Sequence record: NC_023557.1
Strand: one strand, 5' to 3'
DNA length: 64,000 nt
Shown here in pieces: positions 18,132-26,508 of this stretch. The position numbers and the translations under genes were made by a program. Numbering within the stretch: the stretch's first letter is position 1; every line of letters begins with the position of its first letter. Below the pieces are notes generated by a model. It did no database searches. It was not told the origin of the DNA and saw nothing but the letters and a program-made list of their open reading frames with translations.

Positions 18132-18914
18132 ATGGCTATGACGTTCGAAAAAGAAGGGGACACGTTGCACATTGTGCGACTGAGAACCAAAGGCTGGTAC
18201 CACATGACGGTAACCAGCGATCCTGATGCGAGTATGGATATCGTTAACACGAACTTACGTCAGGGCACTTTTACTGATCCACTTTTACAACACCAGTACG
18301 ACATCTGTAAAAAAGAGATGGGACAAGATCCCAATCCAAATGACATCGTTTTCCACCAGTTCGTGACCACGCCAGACCAGACCGGGTATCAGTCTGGCCA
18401 CTGGATGATTCGTGATCACATTCGCCACGGCTATTCACTGAAGTGCCTGACTAACATCGGTGACTGGCTTTCAACCGCAGCCTATCTTTATATCCCAGAC
18501 CCTGATGATAAAGAGGGTGGTGAGAGAAAATACAAAGTAACTGACTTAGGTAAGTATCTCGACAAGGAAGAGTTGTTGGGTCACTCCGACCACCTGCCGA
18601 TGTATTTCTTGCCTGATGAGGAACCGGGTGACAGCTATGATGAGTTGATTGAAACCCATCGTCTTCCGCAACCTGACAAAGGTTACTCTTGTGTGGCCAT
18701 CAAGAACGGTATGTCGTTTAGTTTGCTGACGTACAACAACTCCAAGCGGGTGCTTTCAGAAGAGGAAGAACTGCAAACCACAACCGTCCCAGTCAGGGCA
18801 GATGGTTTGCTGTACAGCTCCGTCTTAGAGTTGGCTATGGCTAAGAACGCCCCAGTCTGGTTTGTCTTGGAGATGTTAACTTCCGAAACCGACCCGAACT
18901 GGCATTTCGTCTAA
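18132..18914 (+). CDS. Degenerate GIY-YIG-like protein with C-terminal NUMOD1/HTH-like domain
   Basis: LRQGTFTDPLLQHQYD resembles the GIY-YIG helix region; paralog of 13867. Confidence 0.6.
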   Translation: MAMTFEKEGDTLHIVRLRTKGWYHMTVTSDPDASMDIVNTNLRQGTFTDPLLQHQYDICKKEMGQDPNPNDIVFHQFVTTPDQTGYQSGHWMIRDHIRHGYSLKCLTNIGDWLSTAAYLYIPDPDDKEGGERKYKVTDLGKYLDKEELLGHSDHLPMYFLPDEEPGDSYDELIETHRLPQPDKGYSCVAIKNGMSFSLLTYNNSKRVLSEEEELQTTTVPVRADGLLYSSVLELAMAKNAPVWFVLEMLTSETDPNWHFV

Positions 18915-19002
18915 CCGAGATTGGCTGTGGGGAATCCTATGCAATTGCAAAGTGTAGAGAGAACCACGGCCAATCGTAAGCTGTATCATAAGGAGAGAGA
19001 TT

Positions 19003-20583
19003 GTGAGTGAAGCTAACCAGAACATCGTAGAAAGCTACGACGACCTGCCAAAGAACGCGCAGAAAGGTGATCGCTATACCGTGCGTGAAGACGCGATCGT
19101 TTACGAACTCCAGGAAGATGGTTCTTGGAAAGACGTAGACATCAACGAACAGGTTGATCAGGAAAACGAAGAGCAGGCGCAGACCGAAGATGGTCAGCAG
19201 TCTGACACCGGCGCAACTGATCAACCTGCCTCTGATGAAGAGGGCGATGCTGATTCGTCTAAAACTGCAGCTACCGATGAAGAAGACCAGGTAGATGACA
19301 ACGGCGATGACAAGCAGACTCCGGCTGAAGAGAAGCAGGAAGAAGCAGCGCAGGCGGTTGATGAAACCCAACCACGTGATGACCCTTACGTACGAGGAGC
19401 AAACAGCGATGCCAATCCGGCACAACCTGAAGATGCGAATCAAACGCAAGATCAGACTGACGAAGCAGGACAAACTCCTGATTCTTCTGACGATACCAAC
19501 ACGCAGCAGGAAAGCACTGATGGCGTTGCGACGCAGGATGCGAAAGAGCAGGCTAACATCCCGGAAGGGGTAGATCCTGAAGAAGCGCAACCTGATAACC
19601 AACCACTGGCAGTAGCACCGGTTGAACAACCCCCTGTCCAGCACGAAGCGGTCGCGGTTGATCCTAACGCTGACCAGCCATCACCTGAAGCGCGTCCAGA
19701 CAGCAAGATCGAAGAAGCAGCTGAACTGAACGCACAGAAAGAAGATGCGGCTCGTGATGAGATCGCTGAAGCCGGTGCCGATGCACAAGCTGCGACCTCT
19801 GCTGAGCAGACTGACGCTGGCAAAGCCAAAGAAGACGCACTGGCTGAAGGCCAGTTGCCGAACGATGGTGCTGCTGATGATGTCGCCGCTGGTAAACCAC
19901 GTAATGACCAGACCTACACCGAAGATCAGAAAGCAGCGAACACGCCAGCGCCTGAAATCGTGCAGGCTCAGGAAAACCATACGTCAGAGCCCGATCCGGT
20001 AGTCAGCCAGGAAGAGACCCATGTGCAGAACGCCACGGACCCTGACCAGCCGACCATTATCCCGCAGGAAGCGAAGTCTGAATCACTGGCGCATCAAGCG
20101 GCTGATCCAACGCAGGAAACTGTGTTTGTTAAGCAGGATGAAAACCTGGACCCGGAAGTGCGCGTGCTGCAACAGCGCATTGAAGAGTACATCGGCAATA
20201 TGGGTGTGAACGGTAAGCACGATCGCCGTGACGGTCCGAAGTATCAGGCTCGCCTGTACAAAGACCTGCACTCCATCATGGCGCTGGAGCCAGTGAAGTT
20301 CAAGCAAGTGATGGACTACCTGCTGAACCGTGTGTATGAAGAACGTGCCGGTGCTTTCTCCGACACCTATACGCGCCGTTACTTCGATCAGCTGTCACCG
20401 ATGCACATGCAGACCGATCGCGTGCGTGAGTTTGACAACATCCTCTCGCTGGTAACTACTGTGGGTCATTCCAAAAACCGCAGTCGTGCCCTGCAGCAGG
20501 TTGATCTGCAACGCGCCCTGAAGAATATTCAGGATGCCGGTAAGCAGCAGCGTATGGCAGCGTACTTTGATGCTCTGCGTTAA
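19003..20583 (+). CDS. Large acidic low-complexity protein with folded C-terminal domain
   Basis: AAGGAG RBS, GTG start; about 330 aa D/E/Q/A/P-rich region, then a helical domain from DPEVRVL. Confidence 0.85.
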   Translation: MSEANQNIVESYDDLPKNAQKGDRYTVREDAIVYELQEDGSWKDVDINEQVDQENEEQAQTEDGQQSDTGATDQPASDEEGDADSSKTAATDEEDQVDDNGDDKQTPAEEKQEEAAQAVDETQPRDDPYVRGANSDANPAQPEDANQTQDQTDEAGQTPDSSDDTNTQQESTDGVATQDAKEQANIPEGVDPEEAQPDNQPLAVAPVEQPPVQHEAVAVDPNADQPSPEARPDSKIEEAAELNAQKEDAARDEIAEAGADAQAATSAEQTDAGKAKEDALAEGQLPNDGAADDVAAGKPRNDQTYTEDQKAANTPAPEIVQAQENHTSEPDPVVSQEETHVQNATDPDQPTIIPQEAKSESLAHQAADPTQETVFVKQDENLDPEVRVLQQRIEEYIGNMGVNGKHDRRDGPKYQARLYKDLHSIMALEPVKFKQVMDYLLNRVYEERAGAFSDTYTRRYFDQLSPMHMQTDRVREFDNILSLVTTVGHSKNRSRALQQVDLQRALKNIQDAGKQQRMAAYFDALR

Positions 20584-20598
20584 TTGATCATTTGATCA

Positions 20599-20649
20599 GC
20601 ATAAGGAGAGGCCTCGCGCCTCTCCTGTTTATGCCGTCTTTTTTTTTTT
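20599..20649. terminator. Bidirectional terminator GCATAA-stem-TTATGCCG-T11
   Basis: AGGAGAGGC/GCCTCTCCT stem at a convergent junction. Confidence 0.8.
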
Positions 20650-21151
20650 ACACTAAAATGCCGTTAAAGGCCACCGGGTCATTAGCCAGGAATGGGTTGT
20701 ACCGAACCACGGACTCTAACGTGTAATCGTAATAGATGAAATCCAAGCATTGCGCACCCTGGTAGGTAGTCCATGACTTTGATAGATAACCATTGCGGTC
20801 TAACGCAACGTAAGCTGGGCGGCTTGACAACGGAGTAAACTTCATCAACACTTGTGGCTGGTTGTTGAGGTTGTTTGTAAATACAGGCAGGGAAGGATGA
20901 GCATGCCTTGCAATGGAGCACAACCAAGAGTCGTAGGTAAACCACTCTTTATACGGTGTGCCGTACATGTTGTTGGATGTGTTCAATGTAGTATTAACAT
21001 ATTTACCGGCATTGGCGGACATGCTGGTACTCGCGTTCGCTACCTTTGTATATTTGGCTGTATTGGCCGCAAGCCACGCCTCGAATTGCGCATAGGTCAT
21101 CTTAGTACCTATCTGTGGCTGTGACTTACTGCCCATTAACATCTCTAACAT
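20648..21151 (-). CDS. Putative virion accessory protein, paralog A
   Basis: AGGAG RBS; shares GTPY, IARHA.P, RNGY, LDFIYYD and FNG with 21164..21673. Confidence 0.8.
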   Translation of the reverse strand: MLEMLMGSKSQPQIGTKMTYAQFEAWLAANTAKYTKVANASTSMSANAGKYVNTTLNTSNNMYGTPYKEWFTYDSWLCSIARHAHPSLPVFTNNLNNQPQVLMKFTPLSSRPAYVALDRNGYLSKSWTTYQGAQCLDFIYYDYTLESVVRYNPFLANDPVAFNGILV

Positions 21152-21163
21152 GGTAACTCCTGA

Positions 21164-21673
21164 TTAGATCAACACCCCGTTAAACGGTACCGGTGTGCCG
21201 CCATTTAACGGAGTCCACCGCATCACAACACCCTGGGTATTGTCGTAGTAAATAAAGTCAAGCACAGTACGACCGTTAAATGATCCGTAAGACAAGCTGG
21301 TGTAACCGTTACGATTGAGGCCTGAATAGGCACTTTTGGTAACATAAGGTCCAAGCTTCATTAAACAAAACTGTTTATTCGCCAACATGTAATCAAACAT
21401 CGTTTGTGCCGGACACGCATGTCGTGCGATCCTTGCCCAAGTTGAATCGTGAGTACAGGAGTTTAAATAGGGCGTGCCCCACATGTTACCGCCATCACCC
21501 GTCATGGAGATCCTGGCATAGCCGTTCGTAAACGTGGTGGACGAAGGGGTGCCTGTATTCGACGCTGCACTGACCGCACTGTACTTAGTGGTATTGGTAT
21601 TTAACCAAGTAACAAAATCCGCATAGCTCATCTTTACAGTTTTCTTGCCAGCGTACATTAATAACTCGAGCAT
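21164..21673 (-). CDS. Putative virion accessory protein, paralog B
   Basis: GAGGTGGAG RBS; starts MLELLM; tandem paralog of 20648. Confidence 0.8.
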   Translation of the reverse strand: MLELLMYAGKKTVKMSYADFVTWLNTNTTKYSAVSAASNTGTPSSTTFTNGYARISMTGDGGNMWGTPYLNSCTHDSTWARIARHACPAQTMFDYMLANKQFCLMKLGPYVTKSAYSGLNRNGYTSLSYGSFNGRTVLDFIYYDNTQGVVMRWTPLNGGTPVPFNGVLI

Positions 21674-21744
21674 AACTCCACCTCAAAATAAAATCCCGTT
21701 AGCAAGGGTTCTGGTTCTCTAATACATGACTTATAGGATTTAGC

Positions 21745-21774
21745 CGGCATAACGGAGCAGGCAACGCCTACTCC
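21745..21774 (-). terminator. Hairpin plus TTATGCCG on the minus strand
   Basis: Stem GGAGTAGGC/GCCTGCTCC pairs fully (U-G wobble) only on the minus strand. Confidence 0.7.
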
Positions 21775-21814
21775 TGAATCCTGGTGTGAATAACGGTTGG
21801 TCGATTGGGGTATT

Positions 21815-22792
21815 TTAACCCGCTGTAGTTTGATCTGGGTAACCTCGACCTGTCCCCCAGACAATACGAACAATACCATCAGCACCACTACCTAACAAAC
21901 TGGTGCCGTCACTCTTGTACTGACTTGCCCCGCCGCCTCCTGCGCCCCCGCCTGGAATCGCGGTAGGTATCCCCGCCCCTGATCCTGGCATATCCTTGAT
22001 ACGTCCTGTCGATTTAATTCCCCCGCCACCTCGACCAGTATAGATCTTGGTAGTGCCTTGCGTCGTCAGGGTAACATTCCCACCATAACCCGCTCCCGTA
22101 TCCGCAGGGTTAGTGGGGGTTGCACCATAAGCACATCCTGTGCCACCATCGCCCATGTAACCGCCTGCACCGCCACCGCCGACCGCACGTGTCGTTAATG
22201 ACCCGGTGCCACCCTTTCCACCTGTACCACCCCCAACAATAGGTTTGGTAGCAGGGTTCTGGATAGGGTTGTTCGCGATCCCGGCTAACACACCGCCGAC
22301 GACATTTAACAGCCCGCCGACCAAACCGCCTACTAATCCCCCTACTATATCCACCAATACCAGATCCAGGAGATTACCGGAAAGTCCATTCGACTGCGGC
22401 ATGACGGTAACTGCCGTGTTACCGGATGCGTCCTCCCCGCCACCCACTGCTTTTAACAGATAGGTGCCATTACGCGCTATTCCGGAGAAAGACCCTTTAT
22501 TCGCTGTGAAGGCGGTTTTAACGGGTGTTGGTGTACCAACCCCACCTTGCCCTACCACAACCGTCATCTTCTCACCAGGGGTCACAGGGATCGCATTACG
22601 GTAACGTAACGTTCCGCCATTCCCGCCGGTATGTACAAGGGTAGTGCTACTGGCTGATTGACCGCCACCTACTGCGACGGCACTCATACTTGTTGCCCCT
22701 TCTGGCACAATCAGTTCATACACCCCCGCCTTTGTGAAGAGCGTCTCCAAGGGTAACTTAATGTGTGTCTTGTTTAACAATAACCCAATCAT
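21815..22792 (-). CDS. Glycine-rich tail-fibre-associated type protein
   Basis: AVAVGGG, GGNGG, GGGGAGG, GADGIVRIVWG motifs typical of phage glycine-rich domains. Confidence 0.7.
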   Translation of the reverse strand: MIGLLLNKTHIKLPLETLFTKAGVYELIVPEGATSMSAVAVGGGQSASSTTLVHTGGNGGTLRYRNAIPVTPGEKMTVVVGQGGVGTPTPVKTAFTANKGSFSGIARNGTYLLKAVGGGEDASGNTAVTVMPQSNGLSGNLLDLVLVDIVGGLVGGLVGGLLNVVGGVLAGIANNPIQNPATKPIVGGGTGGKGGTGSLTTRAVGGGGAGGYMGDGGTGCAYGATPTNPADTGAGYGGNVTLTTQGTTKIYTGRGGGGIKSTGRIKDMPGSGAGIPTAIPGGGAGGGGASQYKSDGTSLLGSGADGIVRIVWGTGRGYPDQTTAG

Positions 22793-22849
22793 GCATCATC
22801 CTTCTAGAATGAGTACCTTGACGACCTACTCGCGTCATAGCATTCCAAC

Positions 22850-22872
22850 CGGCATAAGGGAGTGGATACCCT
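22850..22872 (-). terminator. Short hairpin plus TTATGCCG after the polymerase subunit gene
   Basis: CGGCATAA on the plus strand with a weak AGGG/CCCT stem. Confidence 0.45.
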
Positions 22873-22901
22873 GACCGTAGCCAAGGCATCCACGTGGTGC
22901 G

Positions 22902-24623
22902 TCAAGCCGCAGCCATGAAATCGATCTCGATATGTTTTTCTACCATGAAGTCTTTCAGTAACGTAATGGTCTCAGGTGCTTTGTACAACTTACGTGCAAG
23001 TTCACCGGCATTGTTCATACCACCGGCTGCCAGGTTAACTGCTACCTGGCGATATTCCGTATCATCCAATCCTTCGATCTGGGTCATCTCAATCCAGGTG
23101 GTTTGTTTCCCCACATTCATGATGACCGTACCGGTCGGATATGCCCCTTCTACGTCGATGTCGTTCGTACCTGTACGGACATAGGACTTGACGTTCGGCA
23201 GTTCTTTAAACATCGCTTTGCCGTTTAAGGCAACCAGCTCTGTTGGGAGCATAACGATCCAACCACCCAATCCCTGAATGTGATCATCCAGTTCGGTACG
23301 CATCTGATCCGATGTAGTACCCCAGATATACCCTTCTTTCATTACATCGTAATGCATCGCCTCAGCGATACGTGTCGGCTGCGATATAAAGTTACGGTAG
23401 TCTGACACCCCGCAGAACGTTGGAACCGCTACAGAGAGATCTGAGGTCTTCTCGTCCATCATTTCAACCACGATGCAGTCGAAGATGTTATACATCACAT
23501 ATTCGTACTTGTAGTTACTCTGCATGAACTCATGCCAGTCCGCCCCGTGGTACCCTTCGGCTTCACTGAACTTCATCTTGGTCACCCCGAGTACTTTCTC
23601 AGCGATGTTATCCAGTTTGTAGTTCAGCTCTTTACCGTTCATGGTGCGCAGGTAGTAATAGGCTGACATCGATTCAGCCCAACGGAACGACGCAGGGGCA
23701 TTGACGTAAGGCCACTTCTCATAGTTAGCTAATGATGTCTTGGTGACTTCTTTGCCATCATTTTTTACTTTGTGGGTTTTGCCCTCGTAGTAATAAACGT
23801 TACGGTACTCTTGCGGTACCGAGGGATCGCAAATAACGTCAGCAGGGTTGATGCCGGCATTAGTTAATGTTTGGGTAAGGACCTTGTAGTCGAACTCGAG
23901 TACGTTCCAACCAGTGATAAAATCAGGCATCCACTCATGGGCGCGTTCAAACAGTTTGACAAAGCCATCCGCCGCACTGTCAACCAACACGAACTCTGGG
24001 TTGGTGATGCTGCGTTTGGTTGCCCAGTCGCCCAGGTATTTATCCCAGGCCAGTTTCAGCTTCTGATGAATACGCTCATCCGCTTCCCCGCCAAAGTAGC
24101 GACGGATCACAAAGGTAAAGGTGCGTTCTTTAAAGGTTAAGGATGCCATGATCGGCTCACCCTTATACCGCTCGTCTACCATTTCGGTTTCGATATCGAA
24201 CACACTGATTTTGTACGGTGTAAAGGTATCAGGAAACTTCGCTTCATACATCGCTTTGACAATCGAAGAGGGTTCGATGTCAGCGCCATACACGTACGGA
24301 CTGCGACACACCCGACGCAACTGCTGATCAGTAGCGCCTTTTCCCAGCATCTTTGAGATGTGGTTAGGAAGATCCCACTGCGGGCAACTGAACTTCTGCA
24401 GCTTGGACAGCTCTTCGTAATCTTTCTTATCCTGGTGATTGCGGTACGCTGGTTTGGTGAGGTAGTAATCACGCTTCATGTCTTTAATGATGCGGGTGTG
24501 GGGTTTGCTGTTCCCGTTCTCGTCAATCACATTCTCTTTCACGAAGATGATGTCTGATTTGCCGCGCAGAGAAAGGGTATAGATCGCGTGCTTGCATTCG
24601 AAACGAAGGTTATTGCTGCTCAT
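22902..24623 (-). CDS. Split family-B DNA polymerase, N-terminal subunit (3'-5' exonuclease plus motif A)
   Basis: ExoI FDIETE, ExoII TGWNVLEFD, ExoIII YNIFD, motif-A-like DIDVEGAYP near the C-terminus; no motif B or C. Confidence 0.8.
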   Translation of the reverse strand: MSSNNLRFECKHAIYTLSLRGKSDIIFVKENVIDENGNSKPHTRIIKDMKRDYYLTKPAYRNHQDKKDYEELSKLQKFSCPQWDLPNHISKMLGKGATDQQLRRVCRSPYVYGADIEPSSIVKAMYEAKFPDTFTPYKISVFDIETEMVDERYKGEPIMASLTFKERTFTFVIRRYFGGEADERIHQKLKLAWDKYLGDWATKRSITNPEFVLVDSAADGFVKLFERAHEWMPDFITGWNVLEFDYKVLTQTLTNAGINPADVICDPSVPQEYRNVYYYEGKTHKVKNDGKEVTKTSLANYEKWPYVNAPASFRWAESMSAYYYLRTMNGKELNYKLDNIAEKVLGVTKMKFSEAEGYHGADWHEFMQSNYKYEYVMYNIFDCIVVEMMDEKTSDLSVAVPTFCGVSDYRNFISQPTRIAEAMHYDVMKEGYIWGTTSDQMRTELDDHIQGLGGWIVMLPTELVALNGKAMFKELPNVKSYVRTGTNDIDVEGAYPTGTVIMNVGKQTTWIEMTQIEGLDDTEYRQVAVNLAAGGMNNAGELARKLYKAPETITLLKDFMVEKHIEIDFMAAA

Positions 24624-24723
24624 GATGAATGATAATCCTATGTCAAAACACTACAAAGTGCACCAGTGTTTAATACGCGTTATAACATCAGGCGTGCAAC
24701 TACATTTATACAAAGGAGATCAC

Positions 24724-25986
24724 ATGATCCTATCTAGCGGTCTGGAAGCGATTAGCTTTCAAAAGAATCCGCTCTTTTACAAACAGCTGGTTGTCGAATT
24801 CGGCCGTCTGATGGAACTTGCTAAAGCCAACGGTAAGAAGCGCTTGACCGAAGAGATGATGGCGCAATCTAACCTGGCGAAGATCACCATGGCGAACACC
24901 GGTATCAAAGTCTCGCCTGGGGTGGATACCCGCATGCAGTGTAATGCGTACGTTATGATCCCAAGTATCAACTCCTATCACGTCTTCAATGATCGCATGC
25001 GTCAGATCTTCTCAGGGTATGCCGAATCGTTTGAGCAGTTTCGTAAAGCCAACGATGTGTTGATTGGGTTGGTTGATCTGCAGAACTCCAAAGTGGGCGG
25101 GGTCTTCTCGACTATTGATCACCGCATCTGTCTGTCGTACGACATGATGACCGACTACGACATGACTCCGGGTGAAGTCGCCGCCATCTACATGCATGAA
25201 GTCGGCCATGCTTTTACCTTCCTGGAGATGCTGCATTATACCGCTACCACTAACCTGGTGCTGACGGCCGGCATTGAAGCGATCATCAAATCAGAAACTT
25301 CTCGTAAGCATGTCATCTTAAGTGATATCGAAAACTCCTTAGGGATTAAGATCGATAATAAAGATGAACTGGTCGCTTACGACAAGTATGAAGATTATGC
25401 TGTCACGATCCTGTCGAAGTACAACCGCACCCTAGCGGCAGCCCTGGGTTCACCGGCACACGATGAATCGATGTCTGAGCAGATGGCGGATATGTTTGCC
25501 ACCCGACATGGCGCGGGATTGGATCTGGCGCGTGGGTTGTCCCGTATTCACAAATATTACAATTCACCGAAGTTTAAGTTTGCCCGCTATCTGGAGATCT
25601 TTGTCGGCATCCTGCAGACCATGGGCTTGTCCCTGGTGTTCGATGTGCTGGGAGTAATCGTTGTCCTGACTGTCGGTAACTTCTTTGGTGGGACGTATGA
25701 CCGGGCGAAAGACCGTTTCATCCGCATGCGTAACGAAATCGTGGTCGGCCTGAAAGATGAAGAGATCAGTGCAGCTGACCGCAAACTCTTGATCAGTCAT
25801 ATCGCCGAGCTGGACAAGATCATTGCCCAGGCCAAAAACGAAAGCTCCTTTGTCGAGCAGCTGTCCCTGGTGGTGCGCGCAAGCCAGCGCGAGCGGTATG
25901 CCAGCAAGTACCTGCAAAAGGATCTTGAAGCCCTTCTTAATAATCCGCTCTATGTCAGTGCGGCCAAACTGAAAACATTGCAATAA
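24724..25986 (+). CDS. Virion head protein with zincin-like HExxH motif
   Basis: GGAG RBS before ATG 24724; GLE site at residue 8; HEVGH plus EQMADMFA..G; late hydrophobic segment. Confidence 0.7.
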   Translation: MILSSGLEAISFQKNPLFYKQLVVEFGRLMELAKANGKKRLTEEMMAQSNLAKITMANTGIKVSPGVDTRMQCNAYVMIPSINSYHVFNDRMRQIFSGYAESFEQFRKANDVLIGLVDLQNSKVGGVFSTIDHRICLSYDMMTDYDMTPGEVAAIYMHEVGHAFTFLEMLHYTATTNLVLTAGIEAIIKSETSRKHVILSDIENSLGIKIDNKDELVAYDKYEDYAVTILSKYNRTLAAALGSPAHDESMSEQMADMFATRHGAGLDLARGLSRIHKYYNSPKFKFARYLEIFVGILQTMGLSLVFDVLGVIVVLTVGNFFGGTYDRAKDRFIRMRNEIVVGLKDEEISAADRKLLISHIAELDKIIAQAKNESSFVEQLSLVVRASQRERYASKYLQKDLEALLNNPLYVSAAKLKTLQ

Positions 25987-25999
25987 GGATTCATCAGAA

Positions 26000-26506
26000 A
26001 TGATTATTGACGTAGCAGAATTAAAGAAACAGATCGTGTCGGTGCGTTCTATTGCAGAGATCCCAACTACCCTGCGTACTAAACTGATTGAAACCGGTCT
26101 GGCCCGTGCGGTAGCTTATGGTGTTGATCTGCCAAAAGAGCTGGTCGGCAACCCGGTCTCCTATTTCGCCAGCAACGCCACTGATGCTAAGCAGGCACTG
26201 GCGGTGATCAACGAAACCAACGTTATCAACATCTCCCGTATCCTGTCACTCGCCACCATCATCTGGCAGGCACGCTACAACATGGTTTATCTGCCAGCCA
26301 CTCGCGAGTCCATGGAGTTGACTCATCAGGTACTGTCCGATCAGCGTGAATGGTTGTTCGATGCAGAGCAGCAGGATTTCCTGTCGGCGACCATTGGCGA
26401 CGGCACGGTGCAAGACAGCCTGAAGCTGGCTCTGTTAAACTTCACCTGCCCGGCTGTGATCAACCCTAAGCAGGTAGCACCAGTCACCACCGCTGACGAG
26501 GAGTAA
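26000..26506 (+). CDS. Conserved putative virion protein
   Basis: AAGGA RBS; within the head-protein operon. Confidence 0.7.
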   Translation: MIIDVAELKKQIVSVRSIAEIPTTLRTKLIETGLARAVAYGVDLPKELVGNPVSYFASNATDAKQALAVINETNVINISRILSLATIIWQARYNMVYLPATRESMELTHQVLSDQREWLFDAEQQDFLSATIGDGTVQDSLKLALLNFTCPAVINPKQVAPVTTADEE

Positions 26507-26508
26507 TC

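Noticed and set aside
18937-19644. 235-aa hydrophobic antisense ORF
   Set aside because: Shadow of the acidic 19003 gene (GAA/GAT codons read as Phe/Ile on the other strand); no RBS.
12502-24623. Introns or inteins in the RNAP and polymerase genes
   Set aside because: Both ORFs are continuous with no intein, LAGLIDADG or HNH signatures visible.
24592-24723. Listed 44-aa N-terminal extension of the HExxH protein
   Set aside because: Overlaps the divergent polymerase start; the RBS supports ATG 24724.
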